From contig CAZGJX010000002.1 in the NCBI GenBank assembly GCA_964525635.1, forward strand, positions 6,224 through 70,223: DNA of 64,000 nucleotides. The letters are read 5' to 3'. The notes under the pieces are model-generated. The model worked only from the letters and a program-made list of their open reading frames with translations. It was not told the DNA's origin and searched no databases. Made by a program: the position numbers and the translations under genes. Below are positions 59,095 to 64,000 of this stretch, piece after piece (position 1 is the first letter of the stretch; each line of letters starts with the position of its first letter). This DNA is from an uncultured archaeon (lineage in GTDB: Archaea; Asgardarchaeota; Lokiarchaeia; Sigyniarchaeales; SOKP01).

Positions 59095-60228
59095 TTACCA
59101 AACTTTGATAAAAGGTAAAATAACAATCAAAGGATCAACAAATTCTATTAGGATTTTAAATAGAATAGAAATTAATATTGGATTACTTATATTATCACTG
59201 ATATTTAATTTAGCTAAAAAAATATCTGTAAAAATGAAAATGAGCGAACCCAATAATGCAAGGAATGGTCCAACGAATATCATTGCTACAAAAAAGCCTA
59301 TTATAAATCCTACAATTGAACCCTCGTATGATTTATCCTTAGCAAAAGACCAATTATGTTTGCCAAATTTTTTGCCAATTAATGCCGCAAACATATCACT
59401 TAGCACAGTTATAGATATTACTGCCATTTGAGCATATATTCCCTTAATTATATTATCTGAAGTATAAGTGAGGATTAAGGATGATAAAAGAAGTCCTAAA
59501 AGAAGTAATACTGAATGTGAGATATCATTCTCCTCTGAAATTCTTCGAGCGGACAAAATTTTTCTTTTTAGAGGATAATTGCTATTTGGGAATCTAAGAT
59601 GAATTAATTCTATATCTAAATTAAAAAAGAGAGTACATAAAATAATAAAAAAATGTGCAATTAATCCATTTCTAAGAATTAATGATACATTTCTATCTTC
59701 AAAAAGGTATAGTGCATTATGATACTCCTCAAAAGTAGCCCAATATGCTACATTTTCATATATATATTTCACTCCATAAAAAACTAGAGGTTCAATGATC
59801 CAAGAAGAAATATACAATATAGCACAAAAGTGAATAAATTTTCTTTTTATTTCTTGTCGTGATGAGAATTTTGAATTTGCTGAATTAGGTCTGTCTAAAT
59901 TAGGACTTTCATTGTTGATTTGGTCTCTAAATTTTTTTGATATTAATGCAAATATGTAGAAGAAACCAATAAGAGTTCCAATAACAACAATCAAATACCA
60001 ATTCAAAGGCATAAATAAATAAAAAATTGTATTAGAAAATGGAAGACTTATACATAAAGCTAAAATTATTAATGATACTAATACTAAAAAAGAATTCCAA
60101 CGATTATTACTTCCTAATTTAAAGCTTCTTTTTACTACGGGATAAAATAAAAACGCATATACTATTAAAATAATTGAAATCAATATACTGAAAAAGATTG
60201 ATTCCATTCCAATAATTGGTTTTTCCAT
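59095..60228 (-). CDS. polytopic membrane protein with CTP-dependent polyprenol kinase / cytidylyltransferase (DolK/CdsA-like) C-terminal domain
   Basis: SDMFAALIGKKFGKHNWSFAKDKSYEGSIVGFIIGF matches the SDxxAyxxGkxfGkhk...K(T/S)xEGsxxG signature of the CTP_transf_1 superfamily. Confidence 0.6.
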   Translation of the reverse strand: MEKPIIGMESIFFSILISIILIVYAFLFYPVVKRSFKLGSNNRWNSFLVLVSLIILALCISLPFSNTIFYLFMPLNWYLIVVIGTLIGFFYIFALISKKFRDQINNESPNLDRPNSANSKFSSRQEIKRKFIHFCAILYISSWIIEPLVFYGVKYIYENVAYWATFEEYHNALYLFEDRNVSLILRNGLIAHFFIILCTLFFNLDIELIHLRFPNSNYPLKRKILSARRISEENDISHSVLLLLGLLLSSLILTYTSDNIIKGIYAQMAVISITVLSDMFAALIGKKFGKHNWSFAKDKSYEGSIVGFIIGFFVAMIFVGPFLALLGSLIFIFTDIFLAKLNISDNISNPILISILFKILIEFVDPLIVILPFIKVW

Positions 60229-60285
60229 TTTTAATTATTGATAAGGTTGAATTTGATAATCTATTGAGGATATTGATAAGATTAT

Positions 60286-61215
60286 TTATAATCTACGATA
60301 GTAATCCGGTCTTAAAGATTCTTTATAAGTGAGACCGTAGTCTATTGTATTTAAAATTTTCTCTTTATCTTTTTCTAAAGTACCTTTAATTGGTAAATAA
60401 TTAGAAGCATGATTAGACCTAAACACGCAATTAGCATTTTTATTTTTAAAGTTAATATGTTGAATAAATGTTTTAAGTTCTTCTAAAATTTCATTTGGTG
60501 TCATTTCTTTAAAATTTCCCACCGATTTCTTCTCATATATTTTGGTTCCCGGAGGTATCATTAATGATAAAAACGCAATATACCATAATCTGCTATCATC
60601 TGGACAAATCTTGTTTACTAAATCAGCAGATTCAATTGCATGGTTTTTTGAGATTTCTTGATTATTTGAACCACTTAAACCATTTATAAATGTTGCTGAA
60701 AGAGTAATATTTACATTAAACAATTTTTTTGAAGCTTTAATATGATCTTCTTTTGTGACCTGTTTATTTATATCGTTAAGTAATTCATTGGATCCCGTTT
60801 CGAATCCAACATATAGAATTTTCAAACCTAATTTTGATAATTCTTCCAATTGGATATCTGTTTTTTTTAATATGTCTTTAGAATGAGCATATATACCACA
60901 TCTCTCTAAATAAGGAAATGATTTATTCGCATAATTTAAGACTTCTAAAAGATCTTGAAATGGAGTTACCATTCCATTTCCATCTAAAAAAAAAATTCTT
61001 TTAACATTTGGTCCATAAATCTTTCTTGCTATTTCAAAATCTTTTTTAATATCTTCTAATGCTCTAATTTTAAATTTTCTTCTTAGATTTGAGATGCAAA
61101 AGGTACATCTATAAGTACAACCTTCCGTTAGTTGGATTAAAAGGGAATTTGCTTCTGAGGGTGGTCTAAACACAGGGTGACAATAGTATATACTGTCTTG
61201 AGGCATATTATTCAA
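60286..61215 (-). CDS. radical SAM enzyme (no cobalamin domain)
   Basis: CxxxCxxC cluster EGCTYRCTFC (nt 61096-61119), then GFETGSNELL. The start is TTG 61215 (overlapping the upstream stop) or ATG 61206. Confidence 0.85.
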   Translation of the reverse strand: MNNMPQDSIYYCHPVFRPPSEANSLLIQLTEGCTYRCTFCISNLRRKFKIRALEDIKKDFEIARKIYGPNVKRIFFLDGNGMVTPFQDLLEVLNYANKSFPYLERCGIYAHSKDILKKTDIQLEELSKLGLKILYVGFETGSNELLNDINKQVTKEDHIKASKKLFNVNITLSATFINGLSGSNNQEISKNHAIESADLVNKICPDDSRLWYIAFLSLMIPPGTKIYEKKSVGNFKEMTPNEILEELKTFIQHINFKNKNANCVFRSNHASNYLPIKGTLEKDKEKILNTIDYGLTYKESLRPDYYRRL

Positions 61216-61931
61216 TCTTCATTAAATTTATCTATATCTATCTTTCCTTCTGAATATAATTTTTCCTTTTCCATATCAGCGTCATCGGGTCTTTTCTCAC
61301 AGTGTGGTAAATGACGCCCCAATCTGGCGTATTCTTTTTTACAATATGGGCATAACTTTTTGTTTTGCTCTTTTTTCACTGATGGCGTTGTTGTTGTTGT
61401 TGGTTCCTTTTTCTTCTTCTTTTTTCTAGGTTTAGATGGCATATATTCTTCAATATCGACGTCCTCTGGAGCGAACTCACAGCTAGTAATGTGGCCTCCG
61501 AGATTTTCAAACAATTCTCCACAGAAAGGACATTCTGCTTCTGTAAACTCTTCCGCTTCTTCTATAGTTTTTCCAGGCTCTCTTTTTTCAAATCTTTCTG
61601 TGATTTCTTCTTCTTCTTCAAATTCTTCAACTGATAAATCTATATCCTCATCATCACCAATCTCTACAAGTTTAAGATCTGCTATTTCTTTATCTCTGAT
61701 TATCTTTTCTGCCTTTGCTTTACTTTCTTGAAAAACTTCTGCAGTCTTAGTTGTTGTTTGGTCATAAAGACTACAAACTTGACAAACATAAGCTCTTGTT
61801 CCAAGTACTAATTCTCTTTCTGGACAATAACATAAAGGTTGTAAACTACTAGAAATATTACCCAGTGGTTTAAGATGTTTACATGCAAATTTTCTTGAAA
61901 ATTTTAACTTTTGTTTTCTTCGAGGAATTAT
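61212..61931 (-). CDS. zinc-finger protein: N-terminal Cys cluster, acidic linker, two C2HC fingers separated by a K/T-rich linker; probable ATT/ATA start
   Basis: I checked codon by codon that the frame is open from 61931 to the track start at TTG 61514. Fingers are CPFCGELFENLGGHITSC (61479-61532) and CPYCKKEYARLGRHLPHC (61299-61352). TTG 61514 lies inside finger 1, so translation must begin upstream. There is no ATG/GTG/TTG upstream, and GGTGAT sits 5 nt before ATT 61928. Confidence 0.6.
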   Translation of the reverse strand: MIPRRKQKLKFSRKFACKHLKPLGNISSSLQPLCYCPERELVLGTRAYVCQVCSLYDQTTTKTAEVFQESKAKAEKIIRDKEIADLKLVEIGDDEDIDLSVEEFEEEEEITERFEKREPGKTIEEAEEFTEAECPFCGELFENLGGHITSCEFAPEDVDIEEYMPSKPRKKKKKKEPTTTTTPSVKKEQNKKLCPYCKKEYARLGRHLPHCEKRPDDADMEKEKLYSEGKIDIDKFNED

Positions 61932-62020
61932 TTATCACCAAAAATAGTATGTAAGAAAATTAATTATAAAATATAATTTTTTTGATTAAAACATAGATTT
62001 AATTAGAAATAGCTATTTTT

Positions 62021-63616
62021 TTAAAAGTTATAGTTAATGGAGTCTAAATCATTTCTTATTTTTTCTTTTATACTTGTATTCTCTAATTTTGGTATTAATT
62101 CTTCAATAATATCTTTTAATTCAAGAATTTTTTGGGTTAGAACTTCTGGTTTTGACCATAATGATCTTCTATAAGGATGACTTTTTAAAATTGCTTTGTT
62201 ATAATTCTCTATTGCTTCTCTATAAAAAAGACAGCTATTTTCTAGTTTATTAAGTCTTGTTTGATAAGTTGTACCTATTTTATGAAAACATGTGGCAGCT
62301 CCCACGTAATCTTCTACTTTTACAAATAAAATTGCTGCATCTCTTATTTTATTCAAACTTTCTCTTAAAAATTCATTATCCCCTTTTTTTAATAAAATAT
62401 ACCCTAAGAGATAATTAGCTTCTCCTCTATAAAACTTATTATCTATATCATCTGATAAATTTCCTAACCTAATAGCAAATTCTTCAGCTAAAAATAAATG
62501 ATTACTTGTAATACAATTTTCAGATAGATTTTTTAATATTTCTAATACTTTTACTTTTCCTCCTATTTGGTCATATTTTTTTATAGCTTTCTCGAATTTT
62601 TCTACTCCTGCAACAACATCTTTATTTTTAAAGAATTGATTGCCTTCATAGATTAATTGTTCTGCAATTTGGGTGATTTCAGAAGTTTCATTAAACTCCT
62701 TCGATTTTTTATTGTAGAAGAGATCATCTCCATCAAAAGATATATTATCATCCATGGGTATCTTATCTAATACTTCTTCATCTATGCTCACATTGCTATT
62801 TTCTTTTATATTTTGATTCCCCGTAGAATTATTTCCTCTGTAATCTGATTCTAATTTAAAATTCTCTCCATAAGCCGATTGTAAAGGTTTTCCTGCACTA
62901 ACTAACGCAGATAACTCAGTTAATACATTTGCAAAGAAAAATTTATTCAAACCCTTGACAATATAATCAACCTTATGGTAATTAGTATCATAATTAGGAG
63001 CATTAATATCTAAATTTACGTCAGTTAATCGATAAATTTCAAATCCAGTATCGTATTTAGTTAAAACATTTTCTCCAATTTGTTCTTCTTTTTTTTGACC
63101 CAATAAAGTATGGTCAAATACTAATCCAATTGCATCATCATTTTTACCTTGAAATCCTAATTGATTAATTAAATCGACATATGAAAAAAAGAGTCCTAAA
63201 CCTGGATGAGAATGGAACCATCCGATTATATAATTTTTCGAATTCTCTTCATATAATTTATTTTCTATTTTTTCAATAAAACCATAATGTCGTTCATCTA
63301 ATTGTACATCTGTCGAATGACCAAATGTTAATGCCTCCGCTTGCTCAACATATACAAGTTCATCTTCAGTATATCCAATTAAAATACCATATATCTCTTT
63401 CCAATCCCTTGATTCGATAGCATTATTTGAATATCTACTTGCATAGAGTATAATTGTCTTATATGCCTCTGCCTTAATTATTACAGCTTTCCCAGGTTTT
63501 ACTTTTTCGAGTTCTTTTTTATTTTCTTCATTTAACTCTATATCTAATTCTTTATTGACTTTATCTTCAATGTTCGGTTCTTTTATGTTTTCTGATTTCT
63601 TTTTTTCTTCTGACAT
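62021..63616 (-). CDS. JAB1/MPN/Mov34 (JAMM, MPN+) metalloprotease with C-terminal TPR-like helical domain
   Basis: Catalytic Glu in WKEIYGILIG. JAMM motif GWFHSHPGLGLFFSYVDL (nt 63173-63220). The C-terminal 220 aa are helical-repeat-like. Confidence 0.85.
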   Translation of the reverse strand: MSEEKKKSENIKEPNIEDKVNKELDIELNEENKKELEKVKPGKAVIIKAEAYKTIILYASRYSNNAIESRDWKEIYGILIGYTEDELVYVEQAEALTFGHSTDVQLDERHYGFIEKIENKLYEENSKNYIIGWFHSHPGLGLFFSYVDLINQLGFQGKNDDAIGLVFDHTLLGQKKEEQIGENVLTKYDTGFEIYRLTDVNLDINAPNYDTNYHKVDYIVKGLNKFFFANVLTELSALVSAGKPLQSAYGENFKLESDYRGNNSTGNQNIKENSNVSIDEEVLDKIPMDDNISFDGDDLFYNKKSKEFNETSEITQIAEQLIYEGNQFFKNKDVVAGVEKFEKAIKKYDQIGGKVKVLEILKNLSENCITSNHLFLAEEFAIRLGNLSDDIDNKFYRGEANYLLGYILLKKGDNEFLRESLNKIRDAAILFVKVEDYVGAATCFHKIGTTYQTRLNKLENSCLFYREAIENYNKAILKSHPYRRSLWSKPEVLTQKILELKDIIEELIPKLENTSIKEKIRNDLDSINYNF

Positions 63617-63875
63617 AATATCTATAGTTGATTAATAAGGATTCATATTATAATTCATTAAGATATTATAAAACAACTAATAAATATATTTATTTATTTT
63701 ATTTACTAATTACTTAATTATTTTTAATAAATAATGATGTTCTTTCTTATATGGTAAATCTTCATTAGAATAACCTTGGTTAAATATTACGGATAAGACA
63801 TATTATCATTAGATATTTATACAACTCAAATAAATTTAAATAAACTGATATTTTACTTTTTTTCCTTTTTATAAT

Positions 63876-64000
63876 CTAAATTATATTATTATTTCTGAAT
63901 TCTTCAATGGCTTTTTTTGAAAATCCTAAATCAAATAATATTTCTTCTGTATGTTCTCCTTTTTTAGGAGTTAGATTTCTTATTGTTAGAGGAGTTCGAG
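63876..64000 (-). CDS. CoA-transferase family III (CaiB/BaiF-like), C-terminal fragment (5' end outside the window)
   Basis: Own translation: RTPLTIRNLTPKKGEHTEEILFDLGFSKKAIEEFRNNNII*, matching the conserved P.LGEHT.E.L..LG....I..L C-terminus of the family. Confidence 0.55.
   Translation of the reverse strand, partial: RTPLTIRNLTPKKGEHTEEILFDLGFSKKAIEEFRNNNII

Noticed and set aside
61360-61731. 123-aa plus-strand ORF rich in S and F
   Set aside because: It is antisense to the zinc-finger gene, and its low complexity mirrors the K/E/T-rich linker on the other strand.
1-64000. Search by eye for tRNA, rRNA, CRISPR arrays, IS elements, integrases or prophage genes
   Set aside because: I found no GC-rich cloverleaf-like islands, no regularly spaced direct repeats, and no transposase- or integrase-like ORFs. 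I cannot exclude small ncRNAs, such as C/D-box sRNAs, without a covariance-model scan.

Overview
Strongly AT-rich (by eye about 30% G+C), densely coding archaeal chromosomal segment. I found no rRNA, tRNA, CRISPR array or recognisable mobile element. The gene content combines archaeal/eukaryote-type PheRS alpha and beta, TyrRS and RadA with Roadblock/LC7 proteins, a Roadblock-Rab-like GTPase fusion, cytoplasmic LRR proteins and a JAMM/MPN+ protein. This suggests an Asgard (Loki-type) archaeon, but that is inference from gene content only. Layout: (i) 1-11.8 kb is a glycan assembly/export locus with four glycosyltransferases, an ABC-2 exporter, two different sulfotransferase families and two tandem AlkP-fold enzymes. 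(ii) 11.9-22.7 kb is mostly housekeeping: bacterial-type RNase PH, a pheS-pheT-pheA operon, PPAT and a HAD phosphatase, followed by an operon of two paralogous membrane proteins plus a wHTH regulator. (iii) 22.8-38.4 kb holds intact genes (two LRR proteins, PPDK, TyrRS, an aminotransferase, a U32 peptidase, a PAS sensor) interspersed with five disrupted genes: SDR, sialidase-like secreted protein, wHTH regulator, GNAT and SAM-methyltransferase. (iv) 39-57.6 kb holds aspartate kinase, PGI, a standalone Roadblock protein, RadA with a zinc-finger/acidic N-terminal extension and a 1575-aa sequon-rich surface protein with a Roadblock-like cytoplasmic tail. It also holds an ACD beta subunit, the Roadblock-GTPase fusion, a Ca2+ exchanger, a Ca2+ P-type ATPase and aconitase. 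(v) 57.6-64 kb holds small membrane proteins and a same-strand cluster of JAMM/MPN+, a C2HC zinc-finger protein, a radical SAM enzyme and a DolK/CdsA-like protein. The leads I consider most interesting are the Roadblock/receptor/GTPase neighbourhood, the JAMM plus UBZ-like zinc-finger cluster, the sulfated-glycan locus, and two genes whose conserved N-termini lie upstream of any ATG/GTG/TTG and appear to start at SD-preceded ATT codons. All functional calls rest on motifs read by eye; no database search was run.
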